From assembly GCA_004431415.1 (NCBI GenBank), contig QPMI01000432.1, positions 394,134 through 458,133 on the forward strand: 64,000 nucleotides of DNA, in the 5' to 3' direction. The stretch comes from Cyanophora paradoxa CCMP329. Its lineage: Eukaryota > Plantae > Glaucophyta. The position numbers and the translations under genes are program-made. This document shows positions 48,701 to 59,288 of this stretch, piece by piece (position 1 is the first letter of the stretch; every line of letters starts with the position of its first letter). A model generated the notes under the pieces. That model was not told where the DNA came from. It ran no database searches and was given only the letters and a program-made list of their open reading frames with translations.

Positions 48701-49927
48701 GCCGCGCTGATCATGAGCGCTTGCCGGCAGACGGCGGGGGGGAGGGGGCGGAGGGGGCCCTAGGCCTGCTCGCCCACCCGAACGCGCGCTGCGACCCCGC
48801 CGCCGGCCCCTTCTGCTTCGTCTGGAGCAGCCCCGAGGTCCGCCCCGCCCGCCCGGGCCGCCCCCGCCCCCGCCCCGCGCCGCCCCGCCGCCGAGCCCGG
48901 CCGGCCTGCAGGACGCGCCCCACGCGGCGGCCGCCGTCGGCGCGGCGGCGCTGCGCGGCGTCCGCTGCTTCGTCGACTGCTCCGTGCCGCCCTCGCTCTT
49001 TTTCTCGTTCTCGCCGCACCCTCGCGCGCGGCCTCTGATCGAGAGTACGTCTCGCAGGACGGCCCGCCGGAGGAGGGGGCCTCCCGCGCCCTCGCCGCCT
49101 GCGCCGCCTTCGTGCCCCTCCTAGGAGCCTCGAGCTCCTCCTCCCCCGCCCTGGCCTCCCGCCTCAAGGTGCCCGGCGGCCCGCCCCGCCCTTTGATTTC
49201 TCTCGTAGAGTCGAGAGTCGAGCCGGCGCCCGCGGCCGCAGGCGGCCGCCGCCCACTCCGTACCCGTCCGCCCGCTCGTCCTCTCCGGCACGCGGGCGCG
49301 TTCCCTTCCTCTCGCGTTGGATCTATGTATCTCCCGTTGCGATCCGAGCCAAACCCGCTGCCAGGTGCCTTTCGCGCTGGAGTACACCCTCGCGAGGACG
49401 CGGGGCTTCCCCCTCGTACCCCGCGGCGGCGCCGCGGACGACGTCGACGTCGACCCTGCCGTCCGCCCCTGCAGGCCCCCCGATCGCGAGCCCTCCGAAC
49501 CTGACCGCACTCAGGTTCTCGACGCTCTGCTGGCGGATATCGATGCGAGGGGCCCGCGGCCGGACGCCGCGCCGGCGGCTGCGCCCGTCTGGCACGATCA
49601 CTCCGCCGTGCCGGGGGCGCCCTCCTCTCGCGATCGCGATCGCGAGGCACTCAGGGCCGCGATCGCGAAGCTCGACGCCGAGCACGCGCGGGTACGAATA
49701 TTAATCCCGAGATTGGGCCCTCCCTCCCTTTCACCTGCTGATCATGACTTCCTCTGGCGCAGTTGGAGGCGGAGCTGGTGGAGCTCGACCGTGCCGGCGC
49801 CACGCGGGCTAGCGCTATAGCTACCAGCGCTCCCGCGGCCCCTGCACGGGATGTGCAGCCCTTGGGTGCAGCGGCGGACCCCAGGCAGCCGGCAGCCCGT
49901 TCTTCGAGAGCTTGTAGCATGATGTAG
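42719..49927 (+). CDS. Ankyrin-repeat - TIR - degenerate TIR - CaaX protein (paralog B)
   Basis: ANK repeats (YPLDTAAWRGHIEILR, WAVRAGHADCLRFFVEHGA, GRTPLHAAAALNS, LGRAPLYHAA). TIR 47716-48523: VFISYGHHPVDVARFALRLRDRLQSDG(VM)CWMDEMKATGIEAGTEWREEIGRGLRMAKAVVFVASPHSCASDWCMLELSRALDLGKAVVPAWRLRTELD...IADF. Ends SSRACSMM*. Start codon uncertain (probable indel). Confidence 0.85.
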
Positions 49928-50251
49928 TGGCTTCACACCGTACAGGTACGGCGCAGGGAAAATAGCGGGGTCTCGAGCTCCATGCGACCTCAATTGCCGT
50001 GTATAAATAATGAATAGTTGGCTATAGTTACGTACGTTCCCCTCAACTGCATGTGTACATGTACTCATGATCATGACGTCGACTCGCGATCGCGATCGGC
50101 GACTCATGATGCGCCTCGAGCTCGCGATATCCGGTATCGATATCGATTGACTCAGTGAGCTCGCGCGCGCCGGAACAAAAGAACCGGAACAGGCCCTAGC
50201 TAGCTATAGGCCGTAGGTCTGAAGGCAGGGAGCGGCTACATCCAGCCACAG

Positions 50252-52702
50252 CTAGCGGGAGCCGGAGCCGGAGACGGTCCCCGCGAGGCGCACGTACTTC
50301 TCCAGGTCCCCGTAGATCTGAGGGAGGCGTGGGCGAGGCGGAAAGCTTAAGGTGCGGGGCGGGGCAGGGCAGGAGGCTGGTAGGGGCCGGGAGCTCGCGG
50401 GGCGCACGCGCGGGGGCCAGCGATCTAGATAGAGGTCCAGGCCCGACTAGGCAGATCGAGGGCCGGGAGCGGGGCAGCTGCAGGACAGGGCAGGGCAGGA
50501 GGCCTAGGCTGGAAGGGCCGCGCGCACGCGCGGGGGCCAGCGGCGGACGGTCCGCAGGGGGGGGGGGGGGGGGGGGGATATTTAGATAGAGGGCCAGGCC
50601 GACTAGGCTAGAAGGCCAGGCCCGACTAGGCGGATCGGGCGAGGGGAAAGGAGAGGGGCAGCTGCAGGGCCTGCGGGGCTGGAAGGCAGGACCGGGCGGG
50701 GCAGCTGCAGGGCAGGGCAGGCAGGGCGCCTAGGCTGGAAGGGCGCGCGCACGCGCGGGGGCCAGCGGCGGACGGTCCGCAGGGGGGGGGGGGGGGGGGA
50801 TATTTAGATAGAGGGCAGGCCCGACTAGGCTAGAAGGCCAGGCCCGACTAGGCGGATCGGGCGAGGGGAAAGGAGAGGGGCAGCTGCAGGGCCTGCGGGG
50901 GCTGGAAGGGCAGGACCGGGCGGGCAGCTGCAGGGCAGGGCAGGGCAGGCGCCTAGGCTGGAAGGGGCGCGCGCACGCGCGGGGGCCAGCGGCGGACAGT
51001 GCGGAGCCAGTCGAGGTCGGCGTAGCGCGGGTCGGTGCTCAGCGCCGCCTCCCACTGGCGATCCGCCTCGTCCAGCTGCCCCGAGCCGCCAGCCCCGCCG
51101 CCAGCGCCGCGCTCATGTCCGCGAAGCCCTAAGTCCGGATCAAATCCGGATCGAATCCGGATCAAATCCGGATCAAATCTGGAAGCTCGCCTGGTATTTC
51201 GCGGTGAGGCCGCGGAAGATGCCGACCGCCTCGCCCGTCCTGCCCGTCTCGTAGAGCGCAAGCGCGTAGTTCGCCGCGCGAAGACAAAGTCCTTGTAGGA
51301 GACGTTTAGATTTAGATCAGTTAGTTAGATTAGTAGCTGTAGGCTGCCGACCTTGGCGATCTTGGTGGCCCGCTCGTAGTCCGAGAGTGCCTTCTCCCAG
51401 CGCCCGAGGCCGGCGTTCGCGTTGCCCCGGTTGTTCACGCCTGCAGAGGAAGAAGAAGAAGACGAGTCAGATAGGGAGGGGGGGGGGCAGAGGGGGAGAG
51501 GGGAGAGAGGGTGTGTGGAGGAGTGAGAGAGAGGCGGGTTGGGGGGGGGGGGGGGGGGGGGGGACAGGAGAGGTGGATGGAGAGGGGGGAGGGAGGGAAG
51601 GGGGAGGGGAGAGGGAGAGGTATGGCGGGGGGAGAGGAGAGGCCTAGGGTAGGGTGGTGGGGGCGGGGGCGCACGACGGGGTCGTTCGAGTCCATTGAAA
51701 GAACCTGCGCGGTGCGGGGGTAGATTTAACGAGCCGTTCAAGGGGGGGGAGGGAAGGGGGGTACGGGCCTTGTCGTAGCTTTTGATCGCCTGCGCACGCG
51801 GAACCCGGGGTTGTCAACCGTGCAAACGAAACGCGCGGTTGTACCCCCATCCAGGAGACAAGGTAGGGCCGGGGTGGAAGAAAGGGGGGGGGGACGGGGG
51901 GGGGTAGCACCTCCTCGAAGCGGCCGAGTCCCTCGAGGGCAACGCCGCGGTTGAGGTAAGGATCGATGGCTCCGGGCTCCAGCTCGATGGCTTTTGCTGT
52001 AGTCGGCCAGCGCCAGCTCGAGCTTGTTCTGCGACGTCCGCGCGTTCCGCGGTTGCTGTAGCCCTCCGCCCGGTCCGGCACCATCCCGATGATCTCCGTC
52101 CACACCTCTGCCGCGCCGCATCATCAGAGGGCTGCGCCCGCGCCCGCGAGAGAGAGAGCGTGCGCACTCTCAGCCTCCTCGAAGTTCCCGACGTTCGTCA
52201 GGCTGCGGGCCGACACTTCAGAGAGTGCGGCATGCAATTGAATGAAGAACGCACTCGAACGCGCGGTCGAAAAGCTTGCGCAGCTGCGGCAGAGAGTGGG
52301 AGCGCGTGCACGTGAGGCGTGGGGCGTGGCTGCGGCGCCCTGGCGCGGCGCACCTTAAGCAGGTCGTCAACGGACAAGTTCAAGGGAGAGTTGGGATCGA
52401 CGGGCCCGACACCGCGGGGGGTGCGCTTGCGGCGGCGAGTGCGGGGCGGACGTCGCCAGAGGCGCCGCGGCCAAAGCAGCAGCGGCCAGAGCAGCGGCCA
52501 GACCTTGTCGTAGAGATGAAGCTACCGCATACTTTCTATCCGACCCGGCGGCGCTCGTGCTGGGCTCGCCGGAGCACGTGGCGCCCTCGCTGCGTGCTGG
52601 GCGGGACGGGGAAGCCCGCGGGAGCGGGCAGATCGTCCCTCTCCATCCAACCGCTTGCCTCTGCACGGGCGTGGCGAGTGCGCTTGCTGCGAAGCTGGCC
52701 AT
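50252..52702 (-). CDS. Plastid-targeted cyanobacterial-type TPR protein (Pitt/Slr1644-like, tentative)
   Basis: TPRs AEGYSNRG, DPYLNRGVALEGLGRFEEA, NNRGNANAGLGRWEKALSDY, RANYALALYETG; C-terminal DPRYADLDWLRTVRRWPPR|IYGDLEKY; N-terminus MASFAASAL. Contains indels. Confidence 0.75.
50403..50998. repeat. ~225-bp tandem repeat expanding the last intron of the TPR gene
   Basis: CGCACGCGCGGGGGCCAGCG recurs at 50403, 50523, 50748 and 50972, with near-identical intervening blocks. Confidence 0.9.
51134..51183. repeat. Intronic 11-mer tandem repeat (TCCGGATCAAA)n
   Basis: About 4.5 copies. Confidence 0.85.
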
Positions 52703-52771
52703 GACGCGGTGCTGGTCAACTAAGTGTGCCACTACCCCCGCGACCAGCTTGCTGCTTGCTTGCCACGCTTC

Positions 52772-54103
52772 ATGCAAGCATTCGCTGCGGCCGCGGCACT
52801 CGCATACGCGCGCACGCCAGCCAGACTGACGCCGCGACCAGCCGCATCCGTCCGGCGCGCCGCCCGCTCTCCTTCGTCCGCCGTCCACACCGGCGCCCTC
52901 TCCCGCCCGTCGGCGAGCTTCTTCGGACAGCAGCCGCGATACGCATTCGCATCGCGCGGACGTCAGCTACCTCAGCGCACCGTTACCATGGCGTCCGGCA
53001 GCGGAGCGCCGATCAAGTACCTCTCGCAGACGGAGGCCCAGAAGATCGATGAGGAGCTCATGGGCCCTCTTGGTTTCTCTGTCGATCAGCTGATGGAGCT
53101 CGTGCGTTCCGCCCCCGGCGCTGTTCGCATACGCGTCGCTTACAAGCGCCGCCGCTCGCACGTCGGGATGTTGGCGCAGGCCGGCCAAGCGTGCGCCCTC
53201 TCGGTCGCGCGCGCCTACCCTTTGGAGAAGCACCCTCGCGTGCTCGTGATATGCGGGTTCGTCGGGCGACTCGCCGGGCTGTCGCGGGCGCCGACGACGC
53301 GTGCCTGCGGCAGGCCTGGTAACAACGGTGGGACGGCCTGGTGGCCGCGCGGCACCTGGCGCACTTCGGATACAAGCCGTGCGATTCTCGCTTCTCTGTC
53401 TGCGTTCCGCTCCGCGCGGCCGACGCCGACGGCAGGGCGATCGTGTACCCGAAACGGACGGCGAAGCCGCTGTACGCGAACCTCGTCGTCACGTGCGAGT
53501 CGCTGGGCATACCCGTCCTCGACGCCCTCCCCGCTGACTTCGAGGCCGCATTTGACGTGCGCCCGCGCCCGCCCCGGCCCGCGACCGTAGGCTAGGCCCC
53601 CTCACGACCAGCCGCCCCTGGGTACAGGTCGTGGTGGACGCGATCTTCGGATTCAGCTTCATGAGCGGGGGCGTGCGGCCGCCCTTCGACGCCATCCTCG
53701 CCGCCCTCGCCCGCACCAAGCTCCCCGTCGCCTCCATCGACGTACCCTCCGTCCGCCCCCTGCCCCGCCCCCTCCGTTCCCCCTCCCCCCTCTCATGTTT
53801 CGCCCCTCCTGACTGTCCGCGGGACATGCAGGGATGGGACCTCGAGAAGGGTGTGTACCCCCCGCGCAGCTAGAGCCAGCCCCTGCTAAGGTTAAACTCA
53901 CCGACGCGGGCGTGCAGGACCGACGGGCCCGGACGCGATCCGGCCGGACGTGCTGATCAGCCTGACGGCCCCGAAGGCCTGCTCCCGCCACTTCGCGGGG
54001 CGCCTCCACTTCCTCGGGGCCGCTTCGTGCCCCCCGCCATCGCCCAGAAGTACCAGCTCGCGCTGCCCCGTACCCAGGCCTCGACTACATCCTCCAGCTC
54101 TAG
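52772..54103 (+). CDS. NAXE: NAD(P)HX epimerase (YjeF_N), stand-alone, with transit peptide
   Basis: [29 protein letters not shown]|[38 protein letters not shown]|[11 protein letters not shown]. Single-base indels present. Confidence 0.93.
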
Positions 54104-54208
54104 CCGCCCGGCCGCCCCGCCGCCCGCCCCGCCCCACTCCCGCTGTGGTTGCTCGCCGAGCATGTCAAGTATCTGCATGGCGCACACGTCCCTCCCTCCG
54201 CCGCCGTC

Positions 54209-55346
54209 CTACATCATGAAGCCGAAATCGAGGTTCTTCTCGCCGTAGCCGAAGTAGACGTGCCCGAAGTTGCGCGTGCCGGCCATGTGGTAGAACAGGA
54301 AGCCCGGCCACAGGAAGTTGCGCAGCGTCGCCACCTGCGTCAGCGGCTCGAACTGCACCGACCAGCAGCCTGCGGGCCCTCGTCAGCGGGGCGCGGCGGG
54401 GCGGGCGCGAAGCGAGGGCGCGCGGGCGCACCCTTCGGGACGTCCTTGGAGATGGGGGGGAAGAAGTCCTTGTCGAAGGAGGGCTTCTCTTCGATGTCCT
54501 CCACCTGGGTGAAGTGCCCGTAGTTCGCCATGTTCTGCGACCCGCCGATGCTGAGGCCTGCGGCCCCCGCTCAGCGCCCCGAGCCCCGCGAAAAGGAAAG
54601 GAGCGGAGCGCCGGTCGTGCGCACCCTCGAACTTCTTGTTGAAGGCGGCGTAGTGCGTCACGCTCAGCGCGATGGCGCCCGGGGCACTATCGAGCACTCC
54701 AGATCGATTTGCTCCACCAGCGTCGCTAGCCGCTGCTCCTCCGTGATCTTGTACTCGCCGGGCGCGAGCTCCCCCTCGACGGGCTCCGCCGGCGGCTCCG
54801 GCTCCGCGGCTTCCTCCTTCGGCTCCGCGCCCTCTTCCTCCTCCGGCTCCGGAGCTAAGGGGCGGCCGCACGTCAGCGGCAGCGGCGGCTCCGGCGGGGA
54901 AGGCGGCGCACGGGGCGGCGGCGGCGGGTCCTTCCCCATGTACTCGAAGAGCGGGTCCCCGCAGAAGAGATTTGTCAGCTGCTCAACGCGATCCTTCGTT
55001 ACTTGGTCCACCGCAGGCAGCGGCTTGAAGGACATGCCGCCGTTCGCACTGCAGACGGTCAGCCTCGGCGTCCTTCTCGGCGCAGGGCAGCGCGGCGTGC
55101 TAACCTGTAAAAGCTCGTGCGGACATTCTTGTCCTGCAACCGCAGAATCTTCGGAAAGCCTTGCGCCACGATGTAGTCCACAGGGCCGGTGGTCATCACT
55201 TTGCCCCAGAAGTGCACTCTGTCGAAGTTGTGCTCCAGCTTCAGCAGCATGAGAGAGGACTCCAGGGTTGCCCGCTCATGGTCTGTGAGCGTGTAGCCGT
55301 AGGCTGCTATGTGTGGGAGGTTCAGGAGCAAATCCTCGGACTCCAT
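54209..55346 (-). CDS. RSPH9: Radial spoke head protein 9
   Basis: LESSLMLLK...VHFWGKV...[23 protein letters not shown]...[29 protein letters not shown]...[18 protein letters not shown]. Confidence 0.92.
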
Positions 55347-55689
55347 CCCTAGCTACGCGCGTCCTGACGCGCCGCCGCGGTGTTCTGTCGCTCTATCTAT
55401 CGCCTCCGAGCTCGCCGCTGTGCTGCTTCGCCTGTTTTCGTCGCCTGCAAAAGGTGCAATTCTTGTCGCAATGCGGTAGCCCCTCAAGCGGCGACTCGGC
55501 GGCGAGTCGGCGGCGACTTGGCGGCCAGCTCATCGCACGCAGGCTTCCTGCTCGCTGCGCGGTTTCTTGAACCGCTCCAAGCTCTCCGGAAGCTTTCGGG
55601 GCCGACGCTCGACACGCGGTCGCCGCGGCCACAGCTTTAAGCCTTGACTTAGCTAGGGCAGCCCGTGGCGCGCACTTGGCGGAGCTGGA

Positions 55690-57938
55690 GGTCTGCGGTC
55701 GCTCTAGGTAGCTATCCGGGCGGCGCGACGAAGGAGGATGTTCGGTGAGAACCTAGCGCTGCTCGGGTCGCGCCTCCGCCGAGCCGCAGTGCGCAGCGCC
55801 TCAGGCTCGGGGACGAGGACTCAGACTTGACGGACGAAGAGTGGGATGAGGCGCGTTCCACCCGCAGCATCTTGCTCGAAGCTGGAGGCTGAACGCGCCG
55901 CAGGACGTCGAGTTCAAGACGGACGACAGCGCGGACACGACGGGGATGCGAGTGTACATACGGAAGTGCGAGGAGTTCAAGATCGTCCCCGTCAGCCAGC
56001 TCGTGGAGCGGATCGAGGAGGACTGTGCGCGCCGCTGCTCTCCTCTCTTTCCTGCCATGCCCCCGCGCGCTGACGCGACGGCAGACATCGACCTGCACCA
56101 CTACGGACTTGGCGAGAAGGGCGGGCGGGCGGTAGCCGAGTGCCTCAAGGTGCGCGCTCGCGCCGAGCGCTCCGACTCGGGGCGCGCGGCGTCGGCGCGG
56201 GCCCGGCTTGCGCGACGCGGCCGCGCAGGTGAACAAGACCATCAAGGGGATCAACCTCGGGGACAACAACATCGTGCGGCCCCGGTTGCGGCGCCCAGCG
56301 GGCGTCTACCGCGCTCGCCCGCTTGCGGTCCGAGCCGGGGCGGGGCGGGGCCGCAGGGGGACGAGGGCGGGCTGGCGCTGGCGCAGGCCCTGGGCCAGAA
56401 CGCGGCGCTGACGCAGGCGGACCTCAGCGAGAACCGCTTTGCGTCGCGCTTCTCGTGGGCGATGGGCGAGACGCTGGCGAGCCACACGTGCGCCCTCGTC
56501 GAGCTCTGCCTGCGCGGCAACCGCCTCGGCGACAAGGACATCGGCATGCTCTGCTCCGCCCTCGTGGCGTGCCCGGCCGTCCTTCCCCGCCCCGTCCCAC
56601 CGCTCCGCCGCGCTCCTCTGAAGCCCCCCGCGCAGAAGAACAACGTGCTGCTGAAGCTGGACATCTCGCACAATTCTCTCGGCGAACGGTGCGCGTTTCG
56701 CGTACCCTCCGCCCCGCGCCGCCGTCGCCGCCCTCCTCACGCCTGCAGCGGGGCGAGGCGGTGGGGGAGATGCTGGGCGGCAACTCGACGCTCACGGACG
56801 TCGACGTCTCGTGGAACCAGATCGTCCGCCGCGGCGCCGTCGCCCTCGCGAACGTGCGCCTCCGTCCGGCCTCCATCCTCGCTTCTTCTTACTACGCCCC
56901 GCAGGTGCTGAAGGTCAACTCGGCCTCACACGCTTCCGCATGGTGCGTGCGGGCGGGCGCCCCGCGCGCCCCTCGGCCCCGCCCCTCGCCTCTGACCCCC
57001 GCCCGCAGGGCTGGAACTCGCTGGGGGACCCCGGGGCGGCGGTGCTGGGGGAGGCCTGGGCATGAACCAGAGCCTGAAGCTCCTCGACATCTCCCACAAC
57101 CGCATCGGCGCGAGGGCATCCGCATGATCTCCACCGTGCCCGCCTCTCCACGCCACGCCACGCCTGATGAGGGCCTGACTCTCGCGCTGCAGGGCCTGAT
57201 GAGCACAGCACGCTGCTGGTGCTGCACGCGCAGCACAACCTGATCAAGGACTCCGGGTCGCGCCCGCTGGCGGAGGCGATCTAGGGGTGCGTCCTGCCTC
57301 ACCGACGTCGACTTCCGCTCCTGCGAGATGCCCCCCGAGATCGTGCGCCCGCCCGCCCTATAGCTAGAGCAGAGCACGGCTAGAGCACGGCGAGGGCTCG
57401 GCGAGCGGGCCCGCCGGCCAGCGCCCTCTAGCTATAGCCTAGCTAGAGTACTAGAGCCCTAGCTTAGAGTATGGACAGGGCTCGGCTCGTGCGCCCGCCG
57501 TCCCGGCCCGCCCGCGCCCGGGCCCGCGCCCGCTGCTCTACGGCTTTTTCTGAGCCGGGGCCGGGGCCGGGGCCGGGGGCGCGGTAGGAGCGGGAGATCA
57601 TGCTGACTGTGATGGAGCGCCGCCGGCGCTACCTCGACGACCTCGAAGCGGTACCCCCCCCCCCCCCCCCCCCTTCTATCCGATCCAATTCATCTCTGAG
57701 GCACGCTCCGGCCCGCGCTTGTTTGCAGGAGCAAGCGGCGCGGGAGACCTGGACCGGCGGCGCGAGGCGGCGGAGCGGGAGCAGGCCCGCGCCGCTCCTG
57801 AGGGCAGGGCCGGCCCTCCCCTCCGCGCAGAGCAGCAGGATATCGATGCACCTACTATCGTTAATTAAACCTATGCAACTACTACTACAATATGCGCCGC
57901 TATCTGTAAAGCATCATCACGTGTACCTCCTGTCCTAG
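55690..57938 (+). CDS. RNI-like leucine-rich repeat protein (LRRC74-like)
   Basis: VYIRKCEEFKIVPVSQL, IDLHHYGLGEKGGRAVAECLK|VNKTIKGINLGDNNI|GDEGGLALAQAL, LCLRGNRLGDK, LDISHN, VDVSWNQI. Termini approximate. Confidence 0.75.
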
Positions 57939-57965
57939 ATCTCACTAACGCTCTCGAGCTCCCGC

Positions 57966-59004
57966 CTACGCGGATGCGGGCTGGGCCTCAGCCTCCTGGG
58001 CGGGGCCCGCCTGCGCGGCCTCCTCGGGCTTGGCGCCGGCCGGGCCGTCCGTCTCCATCGCCTCGCCCTCGCTCGAGGCACCCTCGCCGCCCACCTCCTC
58101 GCCCGCCGCCGCCTCCGCCGCCGCCTCGCGCTCGCCTTCCCGTCGATGTCCTGCCAAGCGAAGCCAACCCGTCAGCATGCAAGGCGGGCCGAAGGCCTGC
58201 GGCAGGCGCACGGGGAGCTTCTCGTCGTCGAGTCATCGCTGAAGTTGTCGCCGCCGAAGTCGCCGCCGCCGAAGTCGCCCCGCCGAAGTCGAAGTCGTTG
58301 TCGTACGCCCCGCTCGACGCTGCGCGCGCGCTCGGGTCAGCGACGCCTAACCCGCGCGCGCCCGCGCGCAGATTCGATTCGGGAAGGTTCGAGATTCGGC
58401 GCACCGCGGGTGTCGTCGAACTTCCAGTCGTCCTCCTCGATCCAGAGGTCCCAGTCGCACTTCACGAACGGCTTCTTCTCCTTCAGCAGCCGCGGCCACG
58501 CCCCGTGCGTCTTCTCGGCACTGCGCCCCGGGATCAAATTCGACCGAAGGTTCGCGAAGGACGGCGAACTCACCCGTGAGACGCCACCGGCCGGCGATAA
58601 CGCTCCATTTGGCTCCTCAGCGACGACCTGCAGAGCGCGGAGGCGGAGGTGAGAAGAGGGCGGCGGCCCGGCGCGCGCGTACGTACGCGCGCGAGCGCGC
58701 CGGCCAGCGCACCTCGTCGTGCAGCTGGCACTCGACGGCGTAGGACTTGCCGTTGGACGAGCCGGCGAACTTGAACGTGCCGTCGGCCGCGACGCTCTTC
58801 CCGTCCTCTGCGATGACCGGCTCCTTCACGTCGACTGTGACGTAGAGCGCCTTCTTGCGCTGAGCCCAGAGAAGGGTCGGAACGATGGACGAGCTGCGCG
58901 ACCGCGGCAGGGGTCAGCGCGGCCCTCGCAACACGGCGCGCGGGCCGCGCGGCGCGCTGGCAGGCCGCGCGGCCTGTTAGCGGCTCGCGCCGGGCTCACC
59001 TCAT
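57966..59004 (-). CDS. Hsp90 co-chaperone p23 (CS domain)
   Basis: PTLLWAQRKKALYVTVDV, WPRLLKEKKPFVKCDWDLWIEEDD, acidic DFGG tail. Confidence 0.9.
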
Positions 59005-59288
59005 TTGATTGAAGTGTGCCGCTTGATGAGCGCGAGAGAATGGACCGGAAGCGTGGCCAGGCGACTAAATTGGCGAAGAAACTTTCTGGAAGCGCTTCTG
59101 CCGGGTACACGCAATGATGAAGGGGTGCAAGTTACGTCTGGGTACATAGTCACGCAACGAAACAAAATAGTCGACGGCCCAAAGCGCCCGGAGGCGAGCA
59201 GCACGCGACCAGCGAAGCTCTTTGAAGACCAGGAGCACAACGCACAATCGGCAGCCCGCAGCCACGCGCGGGCGGCTACACGGCAGGC

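Noticed and set aside
50403-50998. CRISPR-like repeat-spacer array
   Set aside because: The intervening blocks are near-identical, the context is a eukaryotic intron, and no cas genes are present.
52772-54103. Functional link between NAD(P)HX epimerase and the nearby TIR NADase-like pair
   Set aside because: NAXE is a housekeeping, transit-peptide-bearing gene paired with the TPR gene. Proximity alone is no evidence.
52000-58700. Apparent frameshifts in the TPR, NAXE (GNNGG/DGL near 53330), RSPH9, LRR and p23 genes as recoding or pseudogenes
   Set aside because: They are scattered single-base indels, often in homopolymers, in otherwise intact conserved genes with no stimulatory signals. Assembly errors are more likely.
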